Below the pieces are notes generated by a model. The model searched no databases and had not been told where the DNA came from. It saw nothing but the letters and a program-made list of their open reading frames with translations. DNA of 64,000 nt from Bdellovibrionales bacterium. Lineage in GTDB: Bacteria; Bdellovibrionota; Bdellovibrionia; Bdellovibrionales; JAUICD01. Shown here one piece after another: positions 29,770 to 39,586 of this stretch. The stretch spans positions 10,704 to 74,703 of the forward strand of contig CBDANC010000015.1 of NCBI GenBank assembly GCA_965197425.1. Reading direction: 5' to 3'. Position 1 is the stretch's first letter, and every line of letters begins with the position of its first letter. Both the position numbers and the translations under genes were made by a program.

Positions 29770-30489
29770 TTATAGGTTGGACTTAGTGTTTGAAAAAAGA
29801 GGTCTAAGCGAATAGAACCCAAAAATAACAAGCATAATGCTAATAAAGGTAGATATCGGATAGTGCCCTCTAAAATCTCCCCTCAAACTTTCTAATAAGA
29901 TCCTAGATATGCCATATAAAATCAAATATACAAAAAATCTTTTTTTATAAAATAACCCATGTCTTTCTAAATAAAGAATCATTGCTGTTATCAAAAACCC
30001 TAAAAAGGAAGAATATAGTTGTGTAGGATGAGATGTAATGCCACTTAATCCAATAGACTTAAAAAAATTAGTATTTTCTCCAAAGCAACATCCTGCTAAA
30101 AAACATCCAATCCTGCCCAAGGCATAGCCCAGAGGTATAACAGGTGCAAGTAAATCTAAAAAATCCGAGATATTTTGTTTCTTAAAAGTTAAAAATAAAA
30201 AACCAAATAAAAATGCAAATATAAATCCCCCATAAAACACAAAACCACCCTGATGCAATTTAATAATGTTAATGGGGTTTTCTATATAATACTTAGGATA
30301 CTCTACTATTACATGAAATAACCTTCCGCCCACAAGCCCAGAGATCATTAAAATTAAACATAAATCCAAGGCATCTTTTAAGTTTTGCTTTTTTGATCGA
30401 AGATAAACCCATACAATGCATATACAAAAAGACAAGGACATCACAAACAAATAAGTAGATAAATGTAATGGACTTAAAGTAGGCGCCAA
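29770..30489 (-). CDS. Prolipoprotein diacylglyceryl transferase paralogue (short form)
   Basis: 239-aa polytopic ORF with Lgt motifs (GGRLFHV, GGFVFYGGFI, GRIGCFLAGCCFG, HPTQLYSS). Confidence 0.75.
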   Translation of the reverse strand: MAPTLSPLHLSTYLFVMSLSFCICIVWVYLRSKKQNLKDALDLCLILMISGLVGGRLFHVIVEYPKYYIENPINIIKLHQGGFVFYGGFIFAFLFGFLFLTFKKQNISDFLDLLAPVIPLGYALGRIGCFLAGCCFGENTNFFKSIGLSGITSHPTQLYSSFLGFLITAMILYLERHGLFYKKRFFVYLILYGISRILLESLRGDFRGHYPISTFISIMLVIFGFYSLRPLFSNTKSNL

Positions 30490-30490
30490 T

Positions 30491-31333
30491 TTATGGTATG
30501 GACTCCTTTATTGGATTTTTTATTCTAACATACAAAAGTATTATGCCAAATATAATCATTATAGAACAAAGTATTTGACCCATACTAAAATATTCTGCAA
30601 AAAATCCAAGTTGACTATCAGGTTGTCTAAAAAATTCCATAATAAATCTAAACATTCCATATAAAATTAAATATGAAGTACACATTACACCTGTTCTCTT
30701 CCATACACCGCTTCGATTGTTTTTTGGTGCAAAACCTAAACCTATCTCCCTTTTTTCTATCAGAAGTAGAATAAAAAAGATTAAAAGTCCTTCTGTTAGA
30801 GATTGATATATTTGAGAAGGATGTCTTGGCATGTTATCTATTGCAGGGAAAATTACAGCCCACGGAACTTCTGTGACCCGACCTACAAGTTCTCCATTAG
30901 CAAAATTTCCCAATCTTCCCCAAAAAACCCCAAAAGCTGCCGCAAGCACTATAGTATCCATTATATGAAAAAAACCAACTTTTAATTTCTTTGAAGCTAC
31001 TATACAAGCAACAGTAAACCCAATAGCAGCTCCATGATAAGATAAACCCCCTTGCCAAATAGCAAACACACTTAAAGGAGATTCAATATAAGCCCAGTAG
31101 TCATACACAGTTACATAAAACAACCTGGCTCCCAAGATCATGCCAATCATTAAATAGGTTATAAGTAATTGAGATGCTTCAGGGTTTAATGCAAATCTTT
31201 TTTTTTTCCACCTTCTTACAAAAATTAGATAACCTACGAAAAACCCAAGTACATACATAAGCCCGTACCATCTTATTTGGATAACGCCCAACTTTAAAAT
31301 AGCAGGATCTATATCATGTATATAGTATTGCAT
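30491..31333 (-). CDS. lgt: Prolipoprotein diacylglyceryl transferase
   Basis: 280-aa ORF with IRWYGLMYVLGF, GARLFYV, WQGGLSYHGAAIG, GRLGNFANGEL.GR and HPSQIYQS. Confidence 0.88.
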   Translation of the reverse strand: MQYYIHDIDPAILKLGVIQIRWYGLMYVLGFFVGYLIFVRRWKKKRFALNPEASQLLITYLMIGMILGARLFYVTVYDYWAYIESPLSVFAIWQGGLSYHGAAIGFTVACIVASKKLKVGFFHIMDTIVLAAAFGVFWGRLGNFANGELVGRVTEVPWAVIFPAIDNMPRHPSQIYQSLTEGLLIFFILLLIEKREIGLGFAPKNNRSGVWKRTGVMCTSYLILYGMFRFIMEFFRQPDSQLGFFAEYFSMGQILCSIMIIFGIILLYVRIKNPIKESIP

Positions 31334-31433
31334 TAATAGATTGTATTCTTATTTAGATCGCATTTTCAAGAATAAATAGAAAGCAAATAAAAAGAAGCTT
31401 TAATAAATTACAAGTTGGATACTTTTGTTTTAA

Positions 31434-31982
31434 CTAAGCCTTGGCCTCTTTTTTCTTCTTGGAAGCTGCCAAAGCTTTCTTAGAATCTCTTATCATAACT
31501 AAAATTAAAAGTGCTATCCCGCATACAATGCTTATGTCAGCTACATTAAATGCAGGCCAAGAATAATCTTTGTAATAAAAATCTAAAAAATCAATTACAT
31601 ACTGAGTACCTTCTCCAGATAACTTGGCACGAACTCTATCAATATAATTTCCAATGGCCCCACCAAATATCAAGGCAAGGCTGGTTATTTGAACTCTATC
31701 ACTGTTTTCTACTGATCTGAGTACAGAGATCACAATTGCAAGTGCAACAGGAGGAATTAAAAAAAAGAAAATATCTCTGAATAATGGATGTGATTCTGAT
31801 AAAAATCCGAAAGCAGCTCCAGGATTTCTAACATAAGTTATGTTAAAAAATTCAGGAATCACTTCTATTATATCCCCTACCCTTAAACGAACGTGAATGT
31901 ACATCTTTGTCAACTGATCTAAGGCACATACAAAACCGGACATAGAAACTAACAACAAATATTTAAAGTACTTAACCCTCAT
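31434..31982 (-). CDS. lspA: Lipoprotein signal peptidase II
   Basis: 182-aa ORF with NPGAAFG, GGAIGNYIDR and FNVADISI, downstream of ileS. Confidence 0.9.
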   Translation of the reverse strand: MRVKYFKYLLLVSMSGFVCALDQLTKMYIHVRLRVGDIIEVIPEFFNITYVRNPGAAFGFLSESHPLFRDIFFFLIPPVALAIVISVLRSVENSDRVQITSLALIFGGAIGNYIDRVRAKLSGEGTQYVIDFLDFYYKDYSWPAFNVADISIVCGIALLILVMIRDSKKALAASKKKKEAKA

Positions 31983-32111
31983 GTTTAAATTCTCATGTTT
32001 AACTTTTATGTTTAACTCTAATATAAAATCTCAACATCAACTCTGCCCCCATGAACTCTTTTTATTAAATATATTCTATCAAAATTTACACTTATTAAAC
32101 TTTACATTAAT

Positions 32112-34838
32112 CTACTTGAGTGCGTCTATACACTTGGAGCAAATATTGGGAAATTTGTCTTTTGGATTAACAGTATCACTGTATTTCCAACACCTAGCAC
32201 ATTTGTTCCCCAAAGCTTTGTATACCATAATATTATATTCTCCCGAATTTAGCTCCACATCTGATACTATGAAAAACTCACTTAGAGAATCTTTGTACCT
32301 AGAGATAAGTTCATAGGTTTTTTTATCTAAAGTCAAAGAAACTCTTGATTCTAAACTTGATCCTATCTGTTTTGATTCTCTTAAAACTTCCAATTTCTTT
32401 TTAATTTGCTCTCTTATATTGAACATTATTTCATAATCAGAATCTATTTTTGCATTTTCCCAAAGATTTTCAGAATCAGGCTGACTATCTAAAAAGACAC
32501 TTTCTTCTTTTTTATTAGGTAAAAATTCGTAAACTTCTTCCGACAAAAAGCTAAGTATAGGGGCCATAAGTCTAGTAAGATTGTCTATAAGATATAGCAA
32601 TACAGTTTGAGTTGATCTTCTTAATTCACCATCCCTTTTGCTAGTATAAAGTCTGTCTTTTATTATATCCAAATATAAAGAAGACAAATCCACACTAAAA
32701 AAATTATTTAACAGATGGTATATCTTAAAAAATTCATAGTTTTCATAATAATTTCTGGAAGTTTTGATTAGCTTGTTAAGTCTGTGCAAGATCCACTGTT
32801 CAAGTGAGTGTAACTTTTCATACTGGACAAGATTATTGTGATCAAACTCGTGGAGATTTCCTAACATAAACCGCATTGTATTTCTGATCCTTCTATAGGT
32901 TTCTTTTAGTCTATCGAAGGATTCAGGGCTGCAATTTATATCTTGTGTATAGTCCTCGTGTGATGCCCAAAGTCTTAGTATTTCTGCACCATCTTTGCTT
33001 ATTATATTTTTAGGATCTACAACATTACCTTTGCTTTTACTCATCTTTATGCCTTTGGAAAACATAACAAATCCATGAGTAAGCACTGTTTTAAAGGGAG
33101 CTTTTTTTTGATTAGCAATTGAAGTTAAAAGGCTTGTATGGAACCATCCTCTGTGTTGGTCACTACCTTCTAAATATATATCGGCAGGAAAAGGACGGTT
33201 TTTATATAAAGAATAGGCCCATGCAACACCACTATCAAACCACACATCTAAAATGTCCTTTCCTTTTATAAAGTCTCTAGTATTACAACAAGAAATACTT
33301 TTGTCCAACAATGTGTCTATGTCATTTGACCAGTATTCTTCTATTCCATCTTCTTTTTCCATCAAGCTTGCTAGTCTTAGCATTGTATTTTTTTCGATGT
33401 GTTCTTTGCCACACTTAGCACAATAAAACACCGGAATTGGTACGCCCCAAACCCTCTGTCTGCTAACACACCAATCAGGCCTTGCCTCTATCATAGAACT
33501 TATTCTATTTGCTCCCCATTCAGGAATCCAGGAAACTTTTTGTACTTCTTCTAATGCTAGCTTTCTTACGTTTAAATCTGCATGATCCATTTTTATAAAC
33601 CATTGAGGAGTAGCTCTAAAGATTACAGGAGTCTTGCTTCTCCAGCAGTGAGGATAGCTATGTTTTATCTGGTCTGCAAAAACTAGATGTCCTGATTTTC
33701 TAAACCTTTCAATTAAAAGTGGATTGGCTTCAAATACATGCACGCCTTCATAATCTGAAACTTTATTTGTATAATTCCCAAATTCATTTACGGGGCTGAA
33801 TATTTCTAAGTTGTACTTTTTCCCTATCTCAAAATCTTCTTGTCCATGCCCAGGAGCTGTATGAACTATCCCAGTACCTGCGTCCAAAGTTACATGCTCT
33901 CCAGATACAATAGGAGATTCTTTTTCTGGATACATTACATGTTTTGTTTTTAAGCCTAAAAGCTTTTCACCTTTAAATGAATCAGATTTTTTCTCTAAGA
34001 CTAAGCCAGTTGTATTTTCGAAGTGCTCTTTCAGTCCATCTGCCATTATCACATAGTCACAAGACAGTTTATATATGCTGTAATCAAATTCTTCTTTTAC
34101 AGCGTGGGCCCTGTTAGCAGGTATTGTCCAGGGAGTGGTTGTCCAAATCATTATGCTTAGGTTTTTATATTTAAAAGGGCTTTTCGTAATTGGAAACTTA
34201 ACATAAATAGAAGGGCTTTCTCGATCCATGTACTCTATCTCTGCTTCAGCAAGAGATGTTTGTAGAGCGTAACACCAATAAACCGCTTTTTCGCCACGAT
34301 ACAAGAGGCCTTTTTCCACTAAATCAGAAAGCACTCTGATTTGTGAAGCCTCATATTCTCTATCCAAAGTGAGATAAGGTTTGTCCCAAGTAGCTAAAAC
34401 CCCAAATCTAATAAATTGTTGAGTTTGAATTTTTACCCACTTGTTTGCTTCATCTCTACATAACTTTCTTATCTGGCTGTCAGTTTTTTCTTTTAGGTTG
34501 AATTTTTTGGTAACCACATGCTCAATTGGCAAACCATGGCAATCCCAGCTAGGTAAAAACTCTGCACTATACCCAGTCATGTTTTTGTACTTAATTACTA
34601 TGTCTTTAAGCACCTTATTTAAAACATGCCCCATATGTAACTCACCATTGGCATAAGGTGGACCATCTATTAGAGTAAATGGTTTTTTGTTTTTATTTAC
34701 CTGCTTGGCATGTAAACCTATACTGTTCCACTGTTTAATAATTTCAGGTTCCCTTTGAGGAAGATTACCTTTCATAGGAAAGTTGGTTTTAGGCAAATTA
34801 AGAGTGTGTTTATAATCCTGCAAGGCTAATACTCCCAA
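32112..34838 (-). CDS. ileS: Isoleucine--tRNA ligase
   Basis: 908-aa ORF with HIGH-type motif (PYANGELHMGHVLNK), KMSKS (KMSKSKGN) and a C-terminal Zn-finger (CARCWKY...CSKC). Confidence 0.95.
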   Translation of the reverse strand: MGVLALQDYKHTLNLPKTNFPMKGNLPQREPEIIKQWNSIGLHAKQVNKNKKPFTLIDGPPYANGELHMGHVLNKVLKDIVIKYKNMTGYSAEFLPSWDCHGLPIEHVVTKKFNLKEKTDSQIRKLCRDEANKWVKIQTQQFIRFGVLATWDKPYLTLDREYEASQIRVLSDLVEKGLLYRGEKAVYWCYALQTSLAEAEIEYMDRESPSIYVKFPITKSPFKYKNLSIMIWTTTPWTIPANRAHAVKEEFDYSIYKLSCDYVIMADGLKEHFENTTGLVLEKKSDSFKGEKLLGLKTKHVMYPEKESPIVSGEHVTLDAGTGIVHTAPGHGQEDFEIGKKYNLEIFSPVNEFGNYTNKVSDYEGVHVFEANPLLIERFRKSGHLVFADQIKHSYPHCWRSKTPVIFRATPQWFIKMDHADLNVRKLALEEVQKVSWIPEWGANRISSMIEARPDWCVSRQRVWGVPIPVFYCAKCGKEHIEKNTMLRLASLMEKEDGIEEYWSNDIDTLLDKSISCCNTRDFIKGKDILDVWFDSGVAWAYSLYKNRPFPADIYLEGSDQHRGWFHTSLLTSIANQKKAPFKTVLTHGFVMFSKGIKMSKSKGNVVDPKNIISKDGAEILRLWASHEDYTQDINCSPESFDRLKETYRRIRNTMRFMLGNLHEFDHNNLVQYEKLHSLEQWILHRLNKLIKTSRNYYENYEFFKIYHLLNNFFSVDLSSLYLDIIKDRLYTSKRDGELRRSTQTVLLYLIDNLTRLMAPILSFLSEEVYEFLPNKKEESVFLDSQPDSENLWENAKIDSDYEIMFNIREQIKKKLEVLRESKQIGSSLESRVSLTLDKKTYELISRYKDSLSEFFIVSDVELNSGEYNIMVYKALGNKCARCWKYSDTVNPKDKFPNICSKCIDALK

Positions 34839-35131
34839 AAATAAAACTTGTAGTTTTCAATCCAAGAGAGACTACCAAATTGTACTTAATCTCGCCAGCA
34901 CCTAGAAAGCTTGTAAAAAAATCATGTTTACTTTCAAACATAATCGTCACTTTATCACTAAAGGTTTTTAATACTAAATACTTACCAAAAACCCTAGATA
35001 TTAAACCCAAAACTAGACATACTATGTGAGGCATGCGTAGCGTCACATAGGTCTTTATCAAATTTTTACATAGGCAATTTATTTGTTCTTGAAAAGTATT
35101 ATTTTGCAAACTACTCTTCTAGGCTTATTAA

Positions 35132-35413
35132 ATGGAATTACCTGATGTACAAATACAGAGGCTGGCACGAAATATTGTGGATAGCCTTGAGAGGGACAAT
35201 GCGTCTCAGTTTATTTCCAAAAAGGAGGTTGTGATATCTAAAACCTCAGATATTATAAAGGACAATTTTAATGCTGAAAAAAAACTAGATATTGAAGCAA
35301 GGCGACTAGCAGATCAGTTGATTGCGGGCTCAGGTGACTCCTCACTTGATAGACATAAGTTATTTAAAATGACAAAGAAACGGTTGGCTAAGAGAAAAGG
35401 CTTTATACTATGA
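35132..35413 (+). CDS. Small helical protein, DUF507-like
   Basis: 93-aa ORF, translationally coupled (ATGA overlap) to the next paralogous ORF. Confidence 0.5.
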   Translation: MELPDVQIQRLARNIVDSLERDNASQFISKKEVVISKTSDIIKDNFNAEKKLDIEARRLADQLIAGSGDSSLDRHKLFKMTKKRLAKRKGFIL

Positions 35414-35667
35414 TTTCTCTGGATAGACAGGCTTACTTGGCAAAAGAAATTATAAATGGTTTAGGTGAACATCTAAAAATTGATAATAAAGATAGAGCGG
35501 TGAAAATTGCAAAAAGGACAATTGAACAATTTGTATCCTCTTTGTCTGACATAGATACTGTTGTGAAACAAAAAATTACTTCGATAAAAAGGGGCATTAT
35601 GGAAGGAACAAGTGAATGGAAAGCACTTTATGACAGGTTCTATTTAGAAGAGTTAAATAAGAGATGA
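35410..35667 (+). CDS. Small helical protein, DUF507-like
   Basis: 85-aa ORF. The C-terminal GIMEGTSEWKALYDRFYLEELNKR resembles the DUF507 signature as I remember it (..GS.EW..LY.KYY.EEL). Confidence 0.5.
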   Translation: MISLDRQAYLAKEIINGLGEHLKIDNKDRAVKIAKRTIEQFVSSLSDIDTVVKQKITSIKRGIMEGTSEWKALYDRFYLEELNKR

Positions 35668-36989
35668 GGATTTTTGTTCTATTCTTGTGTCTTTTTTTTG
35701 CTCACCAAAGTTTTGGGTTCGATTTTAGTTTTCACGGAGGCTATAAGTTTGGTGGAACTTATTTAAATCAAGAATCTGATACAGAAGGTGAAGAAAACTT
35801 CACCAAAACATATCTAATGCACAATCTAATTTTGGCTCCAGAGATAGTTGCATATGACGACATTAATATCTACACAAGACTTGGTATATTTAACTCTGAT
35901 TACTCAGAATACTTGGGAGGGAGTTTTTTAGGAGGTAATAAGATAGGAAACTTCCAATATCAAATGCCATCTGGAATATATGCTAGCCTAGCTTATTTGT
36001 CCTGGACAAGGGAGTATGGAAGTCTGCTATTAGGTAGAATTCCTTTGAATTTTGGGTTGGGCTTAAATCTATCGGATAAAGGGGAACATTATTTAGATAA
36101 CCTAGATGGGATGGCAATAAAAGCAATACTAGGAAACTTTACTCTTATGCCAGCTTATGGAGTCTCCAAATCAGAAGGAACCACCATAGAAGCAAGTGAA
36201 TTTATTGTAAACTTGCTATATGAAATTCCAGAAATTACTCTAGGGGCTGTTTATCATAGAAAAATTGGGCACTCTGAAGGAACAGAGTCAGACGGTCTCT
36301 ACAGCACTGATACATCAGAATCTATAGGAAGCGTAGGCATAACATCCATGGGTGCATATGTTGAAAAATCTTATAAAAAACTCAAACTTAGATCAGAGCT
36401 AACTATTCAATCAGGTGGCACAGGTATTACGCCATCAGATAGTACCGAAGGAGAGCTTACATTGGATGCATTTGGATTAGCTGCAGTACTAAGTGCAGAT
36501 GATGTTGTCTTAAACAACAAAATGGGATTTGGCCTTCACACAGGTTACATCTCCGGAGATGATCCAGAAACTCAAAATGTATACGAAGGATTTTTAGCAG
36601 ATCGAGATTATGAAGTTGGTTTAATTTTGTTCAACCATGTTCTAACAGAGGACTTTTTAGGTACCAAAAGATTTTTTGACAAAGATAATTTAGATGTAAC
36701 TAGTGTACCTGATGTTGAGTTTTTAACAAACTCTTTCTATATGTCAGGAGAGGTAAACTATTCTCTTACAGAAAAAATAAATCTAAAAACAAATATTCTG
36801 TTGGCAAAGATACTAAATATAAATCTCAATGAAGATATTAGCCAATATGGCGTGGAACTTGATTTTAGGGCTGATTATAAAATAAATGACATTACAAATA
36901 TCTCATTAGATCTGGGTTACTTATTCCCGGGGGGAGTAGTACCCTTCGGTGCAATGGCTGCACAAGCTAATTTACATTTTTTATTTTGA
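35664..36989 (+). CDS. Putative outer-membrane beta-barrel protein
   Basis: 441-aa ORF with signal peptide MRIFVLFLCLFFAHQSFG, amphipathic strand pattern and C-terminal ...ANLHFLF. It overlaps the upstream DUF507-like gene by 4 nt. Confidence 0.55.
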   Translation: MRIFVLFLCLFFAHQSFGFDFSFHGGYKFGGTYLNQESDTEGEENFTKTYLMHNLILAPEIVAYDDINIYTRLGIFNSDYSEYLGGSFLGGNKIGNFQYQMPSGIYASLAYLSWTREYGSLLLGRIPLNFGLGLNLSDKGEHYLDNLDGMAIKAILGNFTLMPAYGVSKSEGTTIEASEFIVNLLYEIPEITLGAVYHRKIGHSEGTESDGLYSTDTSESIGSVGITSMGAYVEKSYKKLKLRSELTIQSGGTGITPSDSTEGELTLDAFGLAAVLSADDVVLNNKMGFGLHTGYISGDDPETQNVYEGFLADRDYEVGLILFNHVLTEDFLGTKRFFDKDNLDVTSVPDVEFLTNSFYMSGEVNYSLTEKINLKTNILLAKILNINLNEDISQYGVELDFRADYKINDITNISLDLGYLFPGGVVPFGAMAAQANLHFLF

Positions 36990-39512
36990 TTATAGAATTT
37001 TTAAGACAGTCTGAACAATATTATCAGAATTCAACCCGTGATAAGTATATATATCACTTGGGTTGCCACATTTAGAGTGAACTCTTGTAGCAAGTGTTTC
37101 TGATTTTGCACCTAATATAGAACCAGCATTATCTAAAAGGCCAGGCTCTCCATCATGGATTGTAACTATAGGAGCATTTTGTGCTATAAGACTTTTAAAG
37201 TGCAAAAATTCATTTTTGTATGCTAAATTACCTAGTAGTAGATCAGGGCTTGTAACCACCAATAAGTTTGCATAAATTCCAAACTTTAATAATTTGTCAG
37301 ACGCTTCTATTGCTTCCGTTGTAAGAGAGCCCATAGACACTAGATTTATTACATTATCTCCTACTTCATATGCATGATAGTTGGAATAGTTTATCAAACT
37401 ATATCCTCCTGCAAGCACATCAAATTTTACTGTATTTAAAATTTCATTGTCATTTATATTAGAAACTGTTTGTTCATAAGCAAATGTTGTATTCTCTTCC
37501 GCACTCAAAATGTTCTTGTCTGTTTTAAACCTGCTTTGTTTTTTTAAATATTTTAATAAGTCTTTTTGCTGAACACCTCTTGTAGTTGCCCTTATTAAAA
37601 CTCCTGTCCTGTCTTTGTTATTTCCAAAGTGTCTTTTTAAAGCATCTACAAAAATCCAATCCATTTCCTGGCAGAAAAAAGGTTCCCATGTAATTTGATT
37701 GGGAATTTGAAAATCTGATTTCCAACCATGCTGAGCTCCTTCAGGAGATAAAGTAATTCCAGAAGGAGTACCTATTAAAATAAAATTAGAATCCCAATAT
37801 AAATTGTAAAAGTACTGGTCATGAGCTCTTTTTATAAAAAAATCATATATAGACATGATGGGTATTATAGGGGCTCCCAACAATTCTTTTATTTTACCAA
37901 AAGATCCAACACAGCTCATTGTGTTTGCTTCTGTTATATCAAACCTAAAAAACCTATTTGTATTATCTTTATCAGGAGCAAGGTGCGGTGATTTTGGATC
38001 CCTAACATTCAGATCGCTTTCTAAATCATGAACTTTAGTACCATATACTTTTCCATCCATAGTAGGATTTAAGTTTGTAGAAGTTCCAACATCAGGAGAC
38101 ATTATAGCTAAGAGCTTAGCTATAGGCTTAAACATCTTTTCGTTTTTTTCTTTAACCTCAGTGTTAGCTATTCTGGTAAGTTTAGCTATTAGTTGCCCTA
38201 GCATCCACTGTGTGTGCGGAAAAATAGCAAATTTTAAATTTATATCTAAACTGTCAGGAATATCTGTAATGTTAATCTTGTTGTTTTGCTTTATCTTTGA
38301 CACCTGCTTAAAGTCATCCAATAGTTCAGTGTGTCTTTTTTGTAAAAACTTATGCACATCTGTACCAGGTTTAAAAGTTTCAAAAGTATCTTGTACATTT
38401 TCTATGTTTTTTAAATAGGAAACCTCTTCTTTGGTTGGCAATGTATTATGATTAGAGCATTCGGCTTTTGATTTAAGACCCCAACCTTTAACAGTGTGTG
38501 CAATTATTATTGTGGGTCTATCTGATGTTTTGCTTTGATTTAAACATTTGAGTATCTCTAAAAAGTCATGGCCTCCAAAATCATTCAAACCACCTGCTAA
38601 ATCTTCATCACTTATATTATCTAAAAATAATTTTAGGTTTGTGTTTTGTTCTAAAATTTTTTCTCTTACATCAGATATGTTGGAAGACAAAATAAGTGCT
38701 TGTAGTTCAAAATCTGATAAATCTTTTTCTAGTAAATTTTTAAAAAACTCTCCGCCAGGTTTTGTAAATAATTTTTGTCTTAAACTACCATGTTGTAGTT
38801 CAATGCAATTCCAACCGTTAACCTTAGCTGTATGATATATTCTTTCGCAGTCATTTCCATAAACATTTTGGTCTATTACTCTATGGCCATCTAAACTCTG
38901 TCTGTTATAATCTATGATCCAGGTTACATTATTTAAATTTCTTTCAGCAAAATCAGGCATGGCTTCCATAAGTGATCCTTCCCTAAACTCAGAATCTCCA
39001 ATCAAAGCCCAAAAGTGTGCCTTATCAGGTATAGTAAAACCTTGTGCTTGCGCAAATTTGTAAGCCAAGGCTAAATAACCTAAATTGACAGGAGGAATAC
39101 CAACAGTGCCCGAAGGAAGAAATCCCATATGATCAGGATCGTATTTAGAATGATAGGATTGAAATACGTACTCATCATTAGAAAAAGCTCTTAAGTTATG
39201 CATGGCTTTTACTGCTTGATCTTTGCTAATAGGATTTAGGTTTTTATCTAATAATAAGTTTAGCAAATAATTATAAGAATGGTCACAAGGAGCAGCATGG
39301 GGCTTTACAGCCATATAGTCAAACCCTGATTTAACAACTAAATGTAATGCTCCTAACAAATGTAGTGAGCTGGCGCAAGCAGCAGGGTGACCACCAATTT
39401 TAGGATCCCCTTTTTGTTTGTCACTTCTATTGTTTGCTAGATAAATCATCTGTACAGTGAAGTACAAAGCTCTCTTTGCTACAGAGTTTAGTAGGTTGAT
39501 ATTATGATCCAT
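36990..39512 (-). CDS. Pyruvate/2-oxoacid dehydrogenase E1 component, homodimeric AceE-like (transketolase fold)
   Basis: 840-aa ORF with GGHPAACASS, a ThDP-binding region (ALIGDSEFREGSLMEAMPDFAERNLNNVTWIIDYNRQSLDG) and Pyr and C-terminal domains. Confidence 0.7.
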   Translation of the reverse strand: MDHNINLLNSVAKRALYFTVQMIYLANNRSDKQKGDPKIGGHPAACASSLHLLGALHLVVKSGFDYMAVKPHAAPCDHSYNYLLNLLLDKNLNPISKDQAVKAMHNLRAFSNDEYVFQSYHSKYDPDHMGFLPSGTVGIPPVNLGYLALAYKFAQAQGFTIPDKAHFWALIGDSEFREGSLMEAMPDFAERNLNNVTWIIDYNRQSLDGHRVIDQNVYGNDCERIYHTAKVNGWNCIELQHGSLRQKLFTKPGGEFFKNLLEKDLSDFELQALILSSNISDVREKILEQNTNLKLFLDNISDEDLAGGLNDFGGHDFLEILKCLNQSKTSDRPTIIIAHTVKGWGLKSKAECSNHNTLPTKEEVSYLKNIENVQDTFETFKPGTDVHKFLQKRHTELLDDFKQVSKIKQNNKINITDIPDSLDINLKFAIFPHTQWMLGQLIAKLTRIANTEVKEKNEKMFKPIAKLLAIMSPDVGTSTNLNPTMDGKVYGTKVHDLESDLNVRDPKSPHLAPDKDNTNRFFRFDITEANTMSCVGSFGKIKELLGAPIIPIMSIYDFFIKRAHDQYFYNLYWDSNFILIGTPSGITLSPEGAQHGWKSDFQIPNQITWEPFFCQEMDWIFVDALKRHFGNNKDRTGVLIRATTRGVQQKDLLKYLKKQSRFKTDKNILSAEENTTFAYEQTVSNINDNEILNTVKFDVLAGGYSLINYSNYHAYEVGDNVINLVSMGSLTTEAIEASDKLLKFGIYANLLVVTSPDLLLGNLAYKNEFLHFKSLIAQNAPIVTIHDGEPGLLDNAGSILGAKSETLATRVHSKCGNPSDIYTYHGLNSDNIVQTVLKIL

Positions 39513-39586
39513 ATGAAACCTTATTAGAGAGTAAATGATACAGTAAGTAGGTCAATGTTTCAAGCATAAGATAGTAGTGCTGGGGT

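Noticed and set aside
34810-35109. 99-aa minus-strand ORF upstream of and overlapping the ileS start
   Set aside because: It has no recognisable domain or SD and overlaps the ileS start. It lies in the divergent promoter region between ileS and the DUF507-like operon and is probably non-coding. A 6-bp inverted repeat ATGTGA..TCACAT near 35022-35046 is too short to call.
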